NCBI GenBank assembly: GCA_951406725.2
Contig: OX597815.1
Span: 68,386,001-68,450,000, forward strand
Reading direction: 5' to 3'
DNA: 64,000 bases
Source: Octopus vulgaris
Lineage: Eukaryota
Part shown: piece by piece, positions 50,227 to 63,099 of the stretch
How positions within the stretch are numbered: the stretch's first letter is position 1
How the letters are laid out: every line of letters begins with the position of its first letter
The notes under the pieces: generated by a model
What the model was told of the DNA's origin: nothing
What the model saw: only the letters and a program-made list of their open reading frames with translations
The model's database searches: none
Made by a program: the position numbers and the translations under genes

Positions 50227-52966
50227 TATATAGATTGTGTGTGTCCTTGTTACTCATTTCCAATATTCTGCAAAAACTATGTCTGGTGACTATGAAATAT
50301 TACCTTGCTTGGAAAAGTGTGGGGATTGGTGATATGAAGGTCATCCAACTAGCCTTAGAAAATCTACCTCAATAAAATAACCATCCAACTCAGTCCAACT
50401 TGGAAAAGGGACATTAACATCATGATGATTATATAATTTCTTAGTTGATTGGTTAGTCTCAACAATAAGGGAAATAAATGCAGTGCAGCAATCTTTTGTT
50501 TCTGTTAATGAATGGAAAGGAATAAAAATTTTTACCTGTATGTATTAAAATTTTTCTTTTACATTCATATGTTGCTACGACTTTAATTTAATTGGATTTC
50601 ATCAGTACAATGTTTAATACAGAGTGTGACAAAAAAAAAACTCTACCTATTACTATTACCAGCAAACACAGGGTGTGTACCATTCCAAACCATAATAACA
50701 ACTGGAAGCAAAACAACAAAATATTAACTACATAAAAGCACCATTATCACTTGTCTAACTTCACTTGTGGCAGAGTGCAATAGAAAAACCTCTGATCTTT
50801 CTGTTACATTTTGATTCTGTGTAACTTGTCAGATTTATACTTTGTAAATATTAACTGTTGACCTATGGTCATACTAATATTAATTGCTAGACGCTGGTCA
50901 AGGAAGTCTTTATGTTGTATTTTTGCTTCTTTGATAGACTTGAAAGTCTATTATTCTGTTGAAGATTACTGGTGACTTTATAGATGAAAAAATCTGCATG
51001 GTTTTCTTAGAAGGAATAAACTTGATTTGCTGTTGCTTTCTCCTAGTCCATAAAAAAAACTTGTACTCATCTCTGAAAGATCATAAAACAATGAGCTGTA
51101 CTTACCTTCAAGGTACCTATTACCAATTAGGCAGATGGGCCATTGTGAGTTAAAATGTCTTAGCTAAAGGATACATTCCCATACAAACCATTGACTTTCC
51201 AATTAATTTCCCAACATTCACACAATTTCAGTTTTAATATCTAAATGAATTAAAATCCCAATTGGCATAGTCTTCCTGCTTAAGTGTTGAAATCACTGTC
51301 TTGAAATTACTGACTGATAAAAGATCAATAGTTTGAACAAGATGATTGACTGGTTGATTGATTAGTTTTAGTGAACTTTAGTTGGTCTAATAATCAAATT
51401 GCAGGAAACCACATTCACTGGTGATACTTTAGCTAATGTCAATGTACTTCACCAGAAATACATGTCAGATGAATAGAAAGTATTATTGGGAATGCATCGA
51501 GTTGATTAGTTTGGTTAATTCAGATAGGTTGATATTTGAAATCCTTTTAGCTAACCATATTGTTGTAGATTTTATCCTTTTACTTGTTACAGTCATTAGA
51601 CTGCAGCCATGCTAGGGCCCCACCTTAAAGTATTTTAGTCAAATAAGTCAACACCAATACTTTTTTTTTTTAAGTTTGGTACTTATTTCATTAGTTTCTT
51701 TTGCCAAACCATTGTTATGGGAATGTAAACAAACCAACATCAGTTGTCAAGTGGAGGGGAACAAACAGTTACATGCCCATAATATGCTTCCACATAGTTT
51801 CAATCTACCAAATTTCTTCACAAGGCATCAGTCGCCCAGATCTATAGTAGAAGACACTTGCTCAAGGTGCTGTGTAGTAGGATTAAACCCAAAACCACAT
51901 GGTGGCAAAGCAAGCTTCTTAACCACACAGCCATGCCTGCACCTACTGAAGAATCTCCTTTATAAATTCCATTTAACTATTGATAAGCTGAAAGCATAAC
52001 TCAAAGTATTTGATAGGGATCTTTGTGTTAAGTTTTTGATAGGTGATGCAGGCCTGTCTTCTCTCAGCATCATTTTAACATCCACTTTTCCATTTTTGCA
52101 TGGATTAGATAGAACTTGTTGAGTTGGATTTTCTATGGCCAGATGTCCTTCCTGTTTCCAAATAAGGTAATATTTCCCTGTTACCAGACATGTTTTCATG
52201 GAAGATTGGAAATGGATCCAGCTTGCATGATGGTGACACTTGCTTACAACTATCACACAATGTCAAGGCAGAGAGACAGTAACGTGCATGTCCGTGCACA
52301 CACACACAGCCATGCCTAATGACACTTTAGGCTTTGCTAAGTTTACCTTGAGGTCTCTCTAGCCTATGTTTTGTTTCCATGTCTGGAATTTCTTCTCTAA
52401 TTCTTTTACAGATTCATCTACAATAACTAAGCCATCACCATATAATAATTTCCATGAGCAACTCCTCTGTTATGGCTTAGAATACTATACTGAGCAGAAA
52501 AGGGTTGAGGACTGATCCTTGATGGTCTCCGTACCTGAACACTAAACTTGTTGCTGAATGTGGATGTATGGTTTTGCAAAAATGTAGCATCAATTCTTTT
52601 TACAAAAGCAACTGTGCAAGAATCTATTTTCAGTGGTGGTTGACTTGATACAGATAATAAAGCATGCATCAATGTTTCATTGATTTTGAGGGAGGTGGGG
52701 TATCTTTTGTGGACTGAAGAGCACTTAAGTGCCACAGAGACTTCTAGATTTATAGGTCATTCCCTTGTGTATGTGTAGAAATATCTGCACATCATGTGTG
52801 TGTGTATCACAACCACACACACACACTCACACAGCATGCTATATTGTGAGCTTGTATAAATAAAATCAAAATTTTTTTTAGAATTTTGCAGCTATTTCTT
52901 TATTGAGTTATTGTTCCTAAGAAGTTTTGGATTGAATTATTGTCATTTCTGTATTTTATTATCAAG

Positions 52967-53050
52967 CTACTTAAAGATGAAGTGCGGTCTTATTCATCGA
53001 AGGAAAAACTTGGAGAATCCCATGAGAAACATCTGAAATCAAGGATAGAG
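52967..53050 (+). CDS. Coiled-coil gene exon 18 (84 nt, probable GC donor): LLKDEVRSYSSKEKLGESHEKHLKSRIE
   Basis: gtattttattatcaag| acceptor; exactly 84 nt open in repeat register ending GAG|gctagt (non-canonical GC donor). Confidence 0.7.
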
Positions 53051-54349
53051 GCTAGTAGTCTTTATATATTATTGATTTATTGACTGGCTTTTGTTTGGGA
53101 TTTAATTTTTGAAAAATACTTTGATGATGTAGACGTTTTTGTTTACTGTTACATATGGATGTTAATTTTTCACCCTTTTTAGCTCAGACTCAACTCAATA
53201 TTAGCCATGTGATAAAACATATTTATCTTTTAGCTTTGATTGTCAGTCACATTAAAATTATTTATTATTTATGTATGAAGAATCTCTACTTTTCACTCCA
53301 TCTATTTTCTTTTTTAAATATTGCAGACTTCGTGGATATGTTTGTTTTTATTTTATATTTTCATTGTTTTATGCCATTGTGGTATGAAATCAAAGTATCT
53401 AAAATAGATGTCTGCTGCTGCCAAAATACTTTTCATTTTAACAATGAAGTATTTTGATTGTTGTTGTGGAAACAAGAAAAAAAAAGAAACTTAGTTTTAA
53501 AAATTATTTTATAAAAAAAAATTCTTTAATTACAGAAGGATGTTTAAGTGAGCTTTGCTATGCATTAACCAAGGATTTTCTGTTAATTTTATTTGCATTA
53601 ATTGTCAGAGTTCTTTAAGCTATAGATTTCCTTGTGAATTCTGACAGGTGATTTTGCTCCTGAGTTTTAATGTGAACTTTGATATTTTTAGCAAATTTGC
53701 TTGTTAACACATGCCACGTAATATACATACTTACATAGCAGTAAATGCTATTATCTTGCTTTGTTGACATTTTGAATTTTGGAATGATTTCAGTTAAATA
53801 TTTTATTAAAAAATTAAATTAGCTAAGAGATATTTGGTTTGTTAAAACTGACTGAAAATTCATAAATTGCCCGAAATCTTGGTAAAGTGCTCTTGAAGTT
53901 TAATCAATGAAAATCTAAAATCAAATAGATTTTCTCAACAGAGTTTGAAACTAGAGCCAGCATGGAGATTATTTCTGATGATTTTGATAAGCCCCAATGT
54001 GTGTGTGCACGCACATACGTGTACTCGTCCATGGCCTATTGGTTAGCATGTTGCAGTCACAATTGCAAGATCATGGTTTTGATACCCATACCAGGCGATG
54101 CATTGTGTTCTTGAGCAAAACACTTCATTTCAAATTGTTCTGCAATCACCTCAACATCTGATGTGTGGCACCTGTATAGGGAATGTCAATTTGATGGAGA
54201 GAGTGAACAAATGCACAGGACAAACATTTGGTCACTATAAACAAATTATCTTTGCATATTGTTCAGCAACAAGTTGTTAAACCACCATCTGTCATTTATG
54301 ACAGGAGAGTCCACTGTGTAGTTTGTTCAGTTAGGGGATATAAAATTTC

Positions 54350-54800
54350 TCAGCATTGCTGATACACATCTTCCATCCATGCCATTTTAAAACTCTTGGA
54401 TAGTGCATCTACTGTATTCTAACAATTGGTTGATGTAGTGTTTTGCTGGTCTTTTTTCCGTTTAAGATGAACAGGTTGCCACCGAAGAACTTCAGCCACT
54501 AACTCCATTTTTTGACACCAGCTGTGTCCAATAAATTACAACCTGTGCTTTCATATTGTTTCTGTGATATATGGGATGTCTTGGTGTAGTTCTTTATTAG
54601 TCGTATTGATGCAATGATAAAGTTAGAGCAGCACAGACCAACCTGATGTATGTGCCAGTTAGTGTTTTCTTCATGAGAGCTATTAGTGTCCATAATAGAT
54701 TCAGCTGCAGCTCTAAAGAAGTCTATTTTAGTTTTCACAGAAGATTAAATTTCCATATCCTATCCAAACAGTTAAGCATTCCCCATGCTTTACTAATATA
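54350..54800 (-). mobile_element. Degraded LINE 3' fragment resembling the 42-43 kb family
   Basis: ORF 54499..54738 begins KTKIDFFRAAAESI, resembling the RTE KxxLFRATVESILLYG motif; RPAKxYI-like C-terminal remnant. Confidence 0.55.
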
Positions 54801-56384
54801 TATATATATATTTATTTAAGGAACTTGTTATTTCATTTGAATGTTTCTGTGTTAATAATTTTACATCAAAGACTTTCTTTTTGTTTAAATTTTGTTTGTA
54901 CAATTTTCCAATCGGCAATAGCATGTTACATACAATATGTCCTGCCAGTCGTGCATATGGAGATGGTGGTGGAGGTGGTGGGGGTTACCCCCCCCCCCCC
55001 CGACCTGGCTTTCTTATTAAAAGTCAAAAATTATTTTGAACCCCATGTATCTGCCCACAAAATAATGGACACAGCAATATACAGTATCATCTTATTGTCC
55101 ACTTATTTGAGAGAAAACATTGGCCACATTTTAGACTACATCCATATTTAAAAAATTAACAAAAAAATGATCCAGCCTTCTTTTATCAGTTGAGTTAACA
55201 TGTAACTCTAACTTCCCTCTCTCTCATTTACTATTCTGGTCAGTATCTGCTGATGATATACCACCTCATCTTTATTCGCTCAATAATGCATCAACCTGCT
55301 CCTGTTATCTCCACTACACCCCTACCATCTCACTCTCTAATGAAGTAATTGTTCAGTTATTTATTTTTCTGCATTTGTATATTCTGTGGGAACTTCTGAT
55401 AGCATAGGTTAGGTTAGTATTATTTTGATTAGTGTATACTCTGTTTGAGCAACTTTTACTTCAATAATTTCTGTAGATGAATTGTAGTGATAAAGAGACA
55501 AAGTAATGTTATTATATGATTAGTGATGGGTTAATTCATAGAAAATATATGAACAAGTATTGCAGGACTGACTGTATGTAAAACTGGTATCATTTTTGCA
55601 AATGCTTAGGAGCTGAGTACATTTAAGCAAGAACTTTGGCATTGAATCACATTGCTTGGCATGGGACAGTATACAAAATATTACTTGTTAATTTTATTAA
55701 CTTTTGGAAGAGGAAAACTTTGGCTGTATTGTAGTTGATAGCTATGTGTTATTCAGTAACTATATGTTGTTCATTAGCTACATGTTATTCTATGATGTTA
55801 ATTGCCACAGTAGTATAACTGCTTTTAACTAACCTATACATCATAGCTTTGTAACAATGATGATATGGACAATAGTTTTAACAAACTTTCACGTTCCAGT
55901 GAAAGTCTGGCAGTTGTTTGTTCCTAGTAACTTATTGGTCTCACCCCTTCAAAGCAAGGAGCCAAAAAGCTTTTAGAAATGTAAATAAGGTTCACTCTAC
56001 ACTCATGTAAACATCTTTGTGACAGAGGACAATATATTTAGAAATTTTTTAATATTTTCCAAATATTTTTCTGAAATCATTATTACTTAACTTCTTTAAC
56101 AATAAGGAGTTACTACAAATTTGCTCATTAATTTAGCAGCAAATATACTTTAATATATTTTAAGATGTTGATAAGGGCTGTCACAGTTGGCTACTGTCAG
56201 TATGTTACATAAAATTCTGTGTGAATTATAATTAAATTTTCACTAAAATTCAACAAGAAATATCTGATAATTATTCAAAATTCATCAATAAAGCAATAAA
56301 CATAAGTAGGATTGTTTTGGTTTCTATCTACAGTATGTCTGTCAATATAAATTGAAGATCTGCAAATGTTCCCTTTTCTGTTAA

Positions 56385-56589
56385 CCCTTTTGTTATCATA
56401 TTTCTGTTAGAACACATTGCATTTGTTTTTATTAATTTGGAAGATATTAAAGAATTTAGGACAATAGCTTGGCTATTATTAAGCTGGTGGTTTGAAACAA
56501 AATTCTCAAAAAATTTTGATGGCAAGGTTTAAACTTACGTAACTTTAAAGTAGAAAGTAGTGGTCTCAAGTGTGTTGGTATCAAAAGGG
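56385..56589. mobile_element. TTAA-flanked piggyBac-like MITE, family 2
   Basis: TTAA|cccttttg ... caaaaggg|TTAA; related older copy at about 2388-2602. Confidence 0.72.
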
Positions 56590-57024
56590 TTAATATAAAC
56601 ATTCTTTATTTCTAAGTTTCATTGCCTTTATCAACTACAGATAGAAACACAAAAAATTTGATAGCTAAGGGAGCCTAAAACTCAGCTGTAAAATATTAGC
56701 AATTCTTAAAATTTTTATTATTTTTTTAACAGTAATTTTCTACAGCAAATTGATCAGTATTGTCTATAGATTTGTAATGTCTCTCTGAAGCTTTTAGGTT
56801 TGTAAACACTTCAGTGCCAGTGGTCATCTTTTCAGCCAAGGGAATCCATCAGCTATATGTACACCTCTCTCTTTGTTGGTTTTGTAAATAATTCAGATGT
56901 TAAATGTTGCATTAACTTGCAGTAGTTGGTGCAAAGTATTTGACTCACAATGTGTAAATACTCAATGGGCATATGTTATAGCAAATAGACTTGATAAAAC
57001 AAAATAATGTGTGATTTCTCACAG

Positions 57025-57108
57025 AACAAAGAACTTGAAATTGAAAGATTGAAAGCTGAAAAAACTGATGTTAGGAAAAGAGACAAGTTGTGCCGAGAAA
57101 AGATCATG
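57025..57108 (+). CDS. Coiled-coil gene exon 19 (84 nt): NKELEIERLKAEKTDVRKRDKLCREKIM
   Basis: gatttctcacag| acceptor, ATG|gtgagt donor. Confidence 0.88.
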
Positions 57109-57799
57109 GTGAGTGCGCACTGCTGTCATATCCCTGTGATCATGTGGCTGCTCTGGAACTGAAGGAGCAGAAATATTTGATAAGATTCTAGCTGCATCTA
57201 CTCACTCTAGTCTTCAACAATAGCACATCTCCACTAATATTCTCTTGTCTCTAACTGTACACTGCTCATTGCTTCCATTTATTCCATCAAATTTTCCCCT
57301 TGCTAGCATGATGCATAGATCATCTCTTAGTATTTGCTTTTGCTTTGAAACCTTGTATTATGAGTGCATTTGATGTTTACTATCAGCAATACAAACCTCT
57401 CACCTCTTTTAACTGGTTTTGTTTAAATTTTCCTGCTTATTTTATGTGATTTTGTAACCCTTTCTTCTGTTTAATAATTTGGGAGAACTTTCATTTAATT
57501 TTCTTTGTTTTTCTGTGTAAATTGCTTCACACATGTAATAACATTATGACCTTGTGTGTTTTCTTCTTTTTTTAAAAAAAATTTTTTTAATGCTGGGCAA
57601 GGATTTCTGCTGTCATTTACTCAACAGTCAATGTTTTTTAATGCCTTATTCCAAACACACACACAAAAAAAAAGAAAAAAGAATTGTGAAATTACATTTT
57701 TATTCTTCTACTTGTCTGTCAATAGACTGCAGCCATCATGGCCTGATTAAGACCCATAGAAGCCCTAAGCACTTAAAAAAAATTTTGATGCCCCCATAT

Positions 57800-58209
57800 A
57801 GGCGCAGGAGTGGCTGTGTGGTAAGTAGCTTCTTTACCAACCACATGGTTCCAGGTTCAGTCCCACTGCGTGGCACCTTGGGCAAGTGTCTTCTACTATA
57901 GCCTCGGGCCGACCAAAGCCTTGTGAGTGGATTTGGTAGACGGAAACTGAAAGAAGTCCGTCGTATATATGTATATATATATATATGCGTGTGTGTGTTT
58001 GTGTGTCTGTGTTTGTCCCCCTAGCATTGCTTGACAACCGATGCTGGTGTGTTTATGTCCCTGTTACTTAGCGATTGGGCAAAAGAGACTGATAGAATAA
58101 GTACTGGGCTTACAAAAGAATAAGTCCCGGGGTCGAGTTGCTCGATTAAAGGCGGTGCTCCAGCATGGCCGCAGTCAAATGACTGAAACAAGTAAAAGAG
58201 TAAAGAGAG
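57800..58209 (+). mobile_element. tRNA-headed CORE-type SINE, tail type A, young copy
   Basis: Near-identical to 47143-47540, CpGs retained. Confidence 0.9.
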
Positions 58210-61141
58210 TATATATATGTAATTCAAAATGTAAACAATAATAAGCCAAAAAAAATGCATTTTTATTATTCAAAATGAAACAATACTAAGAGTAAGATGG
58301 AAAATAATGTGTATTTTTGTATACTTCGATTTTATATATATTAGAAAAGTTTTCTCCTACCTTTTTTAATTGCTAAGTCTTTAGTCAGATCCTCAAAATT
58401 AATCTTATTTAATACATTCGTTTCTATATTTACTTAGTAGAGATAAAGCATCCTGAATATCATTTCAGCAAGTTTCAAGTGATTGTTTTTGTGTCACAAA
58501 CTATTTACCATTTCTGTGGTACCTCCTTTCCCCTGATGCCCTAAGCATATGCTTATTTTGTGGTTAATCCAGCGTTGACAGCTATGTTGGGTTACTGTCT
58601 TGAAAGGTTTTAGTTGAACAAATTGACCCCAGTAATTATTTTTTTGAAATCTGATACTTGTTCTATGAATCTTTTTAGCAAAACTGCTAAGTACAAAATT
58701 ATGCCAATTGTCAAGCAGTGATTAGGGGGAGGGGGGGCAACATACACGTATATGTATAAGTATGTGTGTATATATACACACACACACAATGGGCTTTCAC
58801 ACAGTTCCCATTTACCAAATTCACTTACAAGACAATGGTTGTCCTGAGGTTAAGTTGTATATAGAATACACTTACCCATGGTGCTATGCAGTGAGACTCG
58901 AGTGAGCTTCTTAACCACACAGCCATGCATCTAGCTAATGTAAAAGTTTTAAATAAAAGTTAAATTTAACTTTGCCAAACAGAATGAAACCCTAACATAA
59001 TCTAGGATAATTCATTGAGGGAATTAGAAAGTGCAAAGTTCAAACTTTAAAAAAAAAATTCACACAGCTTATGTTTTGTATTTTTATTTTATGCTTGATT
59101 TATTTAATGTCATCCAGTTTAAAATTGAAATTCAACCCTCAACCTCAATGCAATAATACATTTTAATATTTATGATGTTGTGTTGTGCTAGCAGGACCTG
59201 ACAGATCTAATAAACATGTATTCAGCTCTGCTAACATATTTTTTTTAAATAAATCATCGCATTACATCATCATCATTATCATAAAATTCACTTTCCATGC
59301 TGAATTGGGCCGGATGCTTTGATAGAATCTGTAAACTCAGAAGACCACATTCTGCTTTTAATGACTCAGTTTTGGTATGGTTTCTATGGTTGGATACACT
59401 TCCTAACATGAGCCACTTTACAGTATTTATATTAGTTTATAATACCTTCAAGCTTCCTAATTCCTATTTTATAACCTGCTTCAATATAAGCCCTCTATAC
59501 TGGTTTGATTTTTAGCTTGAAATGTTTATAGGTAGGGTTTGTATTTTCTCAAAGTAAACCTGAACATTAACAGAGAGTGAGTTTCTACTATTTAGGGCTG
59601 GATGTAAAGAGGAACTAAACTCAACCCACAACAACCTAGAAACCAATACTATTACTGTTTTCTCATGTAAAATATCATTTTTTCCAGATTTTTAAACCTA
59701 AGAATTATGGGTTTGTACTACACATGAAAACTTAATGTTATCTTTGTTGTATCTCAGGAGGTTCATTATGTGAATTGTAAACCCATCCATTGGCTCTATT
59801 TCACTTTTTATTATTATCAGGCAAGTTGGTTAACCATTTAACCAATTAACTAATTGATTGTTTGATTAATAGCTCATTCAATCAGCTAGGTTTGTCAAGG
59901 GTTTTTTGTCACCATTTGCTACCACATCAATGACATGAGCTATCTATTTCAGGTCTGCTTTATGTCTGTTTTCTAGTTTACGGTGTCTATATTTATACGG
60001 ATGCCAGTAAAAATGTATATGAGAGAGAAAAGGAGAAAGAGAGAGTGTGTGCATGTGTGTTCATGTGCTTTTGTGTGGCTTAGTTTGGATTCTGTGAATA
60101 CTCACAGAAGTGCAGTTTTCTATGCTTGCATGGATTGGACGGAATTTATTGAGGCAGATTTTCTTTGACCAGATACCTTTCCTGTAACAAACCTTCATGT
60201 TTCCAAGCAAGTTGATATTTCCCAAGGCCAGACATGTTTTCTTGAAAGATTACAAATGAATGACACTGTATAACAGTGACACACATTTCCACCTATTACA
60301 TGATGTCAAGACACACACAGGATTCTTTTAGTTTTTCATCTACTAAATCCACTCACAAGGTTTTGTTCAGCCTGAGGCTATGGTAGAGGACACTTGACCA
60401 ATTTTTCACACAGTGGAACTAAGCCTAAAGCCATATGCAACAGGGAAGCATACTTCTTGGCCTCATAGCCATGCCTGCATCTATTGGTATAGTTTAATAT
60501 ACTGCTCCTGCGATTTAATTTGGGTTTCATTCTAAAATGCAAGTATATTTTAAATTTCTGAAACTACTTCTATTTATCACTCATTAAATTAAAATTCCTT
60601 TATATATCACCTTTATTCAAATACATAGGCATGGTTGCGTGCTTATTTCCCAAGCATATTGTCTTGGGTTCTGTCCCTCTGCACAGCACCTTAGGCCAAC
60701 CAAAACCATGCAAGTGGTTCTGGAAGACAAGTCAAAAGAAGCCCGTCATGCACGCGTACGTTTTTGTGTATACCCTTTTCTAGACACCACATGATGGGTG
60801 TCAATGAGCACTGTCATTCAATCAAGGTTGTTCATTTCCAGTCTTTTGCAACAATAACAAATTTTTTTTTTAAATGTCTGGTTATCGGAAAATAATGACT
60901 TGCTTGGAAACAAGTAGAGAATGGTGACTGGAAGGATATCCAACCACAGAAAATTTGCTGCAACAAATTGTCTGATTCATGCAAGCATGGAAAAGTAGAC
61001 ATTGAATGTTGATGATATAGTATCATGAACTATATTTGTTCATGATAGACAACTGTTTATCTTGCTGACACTCTGTATTAAATCATTTTAATCTTCAGGT
61101 GATTATTTTTATTTTCTCTCTATTTTCTCATTTCTAATAAG

Positions 61142-61177
61142 GAATTAGAGAGCAAAATATATCATTATTTCCATTAA
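61142..61177 (+). CDS. Possible terminal exon of the coiled-coil gene: ELESKIYHYFH*
   Basis: Long pyrimidine tract 61101-61135, then aag|GAA TTA GAG (the repeat's ELE start), stop at 61175-61177 and AATAAA at 61201. Weak; the gene may continue beyond the window. Confidence 0.3.
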   Translation, partial: ELESKIYHYFH

Positions 61178-62269
61178 AAAAATCTTGATTTTGGCTTTCT
61201 AATAAAAAAAAAATTCTATTTACAACTGGAAGTAAAATATTACATGAGATTGACTAACATTTTACTCAGGATAATATCTGGTTGATTAGTTTCTTATTCA
61301 AAAACAAGTTGAAGAGGCTCTCTCAAAGACTGAATATTATTAAAAAAATTTTTTTGTCTCTTGATTCTACAAGAACCATTTTATCATTATGATATTTATT
61401 CTGATTTCATTCAATGATCACTTAATTCATAATTAGTTTGGCAGCAGATGTTTTACACCTCATTTATATTTGTTGTAAATTATACTTTTAGTCACCGACT
61501 TCACTGTATATATACCCTTCACACACACATGCCTACACCAGGTGTAAACCTGATTGTATGGTGAAGAAGTTTACTTTCACATCACATGGTTTTGGGTTCT
61601 GTCCCACTGTGTGGCACCTTTGGCAGGTGTTTTCTACTATAAACTCAGGCAGACCAAAGCTTTGTGTGTGGATTTGGTAGACAGAAACTTAAGAAGCCCA
61701 TTGTGTGTGTGCGTGTTTGCTACAGCTAGCTGTAGAAAACTCTGTCCAACCTACATGAGGAAGTAGATATTCAAATGATGATGTTTAATACAAAATGTCC
61801 AACAACACTCTCTCTCAAAACTTTCTCTTCCACCACTACCTTCATTAAACTCCTCAAGCCCACTCCCCTCATTAAGTACCATGGCTCAGGGTATTCCGGA
61901 TAGCCAGTTTATTACTCTGTCATTCATTCTACAACGTGTAGGAAATAGAAAAAGTAGCTGGTATAAACCTTAAATATTTGAAGATACTGTTGCCACTTCC
62001 CTAACTTCACAAGTACTATATTTATGGCCATGTAAAATAGGGTGTTTTTTTTTTCTTTTTTTTTTTAACCCCTCTCTGTACTAGTTGCCCAGGCAACCCT
62101 GGACAGTTAAACTATGTCCTGGCAAATGAACCAGATAACAGTTATATTACCATTATATTGTGTCCTTTATAGGACAGTGAATAAATATTCTTTGACATTG
62201 AAGTCACCTTATAAGGTGATTTTGTCTTGTATTTGTATTCTGGCTAAGAGACTAAGTTATCTTTACCTT

Positions 62270-62668
62270 TAATCTTTTATTTGTTTCAGTCATTGGACTG
62301 TAGCCATGCTGGGGCACCACCTTGAAAGGTTTAGTTGAACAAGTTAACACCAGTACTTATTTCTATCTGGTTGTTATTTTCGCGGTCTCTTTTGCCAAAC
62401 CGCTAAATTACAGGGATGTAACAAACTAACACCAGTTGTCAGGTGGTGGTGGGGTATGCATAAAATCAGACATGCATGCATGCACTCACACACATAAAAA
62501 TACATATGGGCTTCTTTCAGTTTTCATCTACAAAATCCACTCACAAAGCTTTAGTCAGCCCAGGGTTATAGTAGAAGGCACTTGCCCAAGGTGCTATGCA
62601 GTGGGACTGAACCTAAGATCACATGGTAAAAAGCAAGCTTCTTAACCACACCGTCACACCTGTGCCTA
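62270..62668 (-). mobile_element. SINE, tail type A, reverse orientation (similar reverse copies near 33650-33935, 35450-35822, 51575-51942, 58575-58930)
   Basis: Reverse complement of the type A consensus (cttttatttgtttcagtcatt ... cttaaccacac). Confidence 0.8.
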
Positions 62669-63099
62669 TAAGTTAGTGCAAAATCCTTTTTTAACTTCCT
62701 CATCTGCATTAAATGTGGGTGTATACACACTGACAACTGTAGTCAGTGCATCTATTGGAAGCAGCAAGTTTGAAACAGTGAGTCTGAAATCTTTCACTGA
62801 TGACAGTAAGTAGTTATGGTAGCCTATTAATGAGATCATTGTAGATTGCCAAGACTATTGTGTGTATGTGCTATTTATCTAATAGTTTTTCTTTCCCAAA
62901 ATTAAGTTATATCCATCACTGTCTTCCTTTGTTGAGTACCACAATTTGACAACTTCAGGTTGATCATGGGTGGAATTTAGTGTTAGTGGACCAAGCTGTG
63001 TAGAAGACTGGTACGTTTTTGTGGGTGTGTATGTGTGACTCTCTCTCTCTCTAAGTTTGTGCCAATGCAAGCTGATGTTGAGTTGTGTCCCTTTATTTC

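Noticed and set aside
1353-57108. Naming the coiled-coil gene as myosin heavy chain, paramyosin or tropomyosin
   Set aside because: Only the periodicity is similar. I do not see the conserved sequence of those proteins and no motor domain is in the window, so no gene symbol is given.
61021-62222. Small palindromes at 61021-61047 and 62201-62222 (another near 46742-46762)
   Set aside because: Arms of 8-11 bp in AT-rich DNA are expected by chance; no supporting context.
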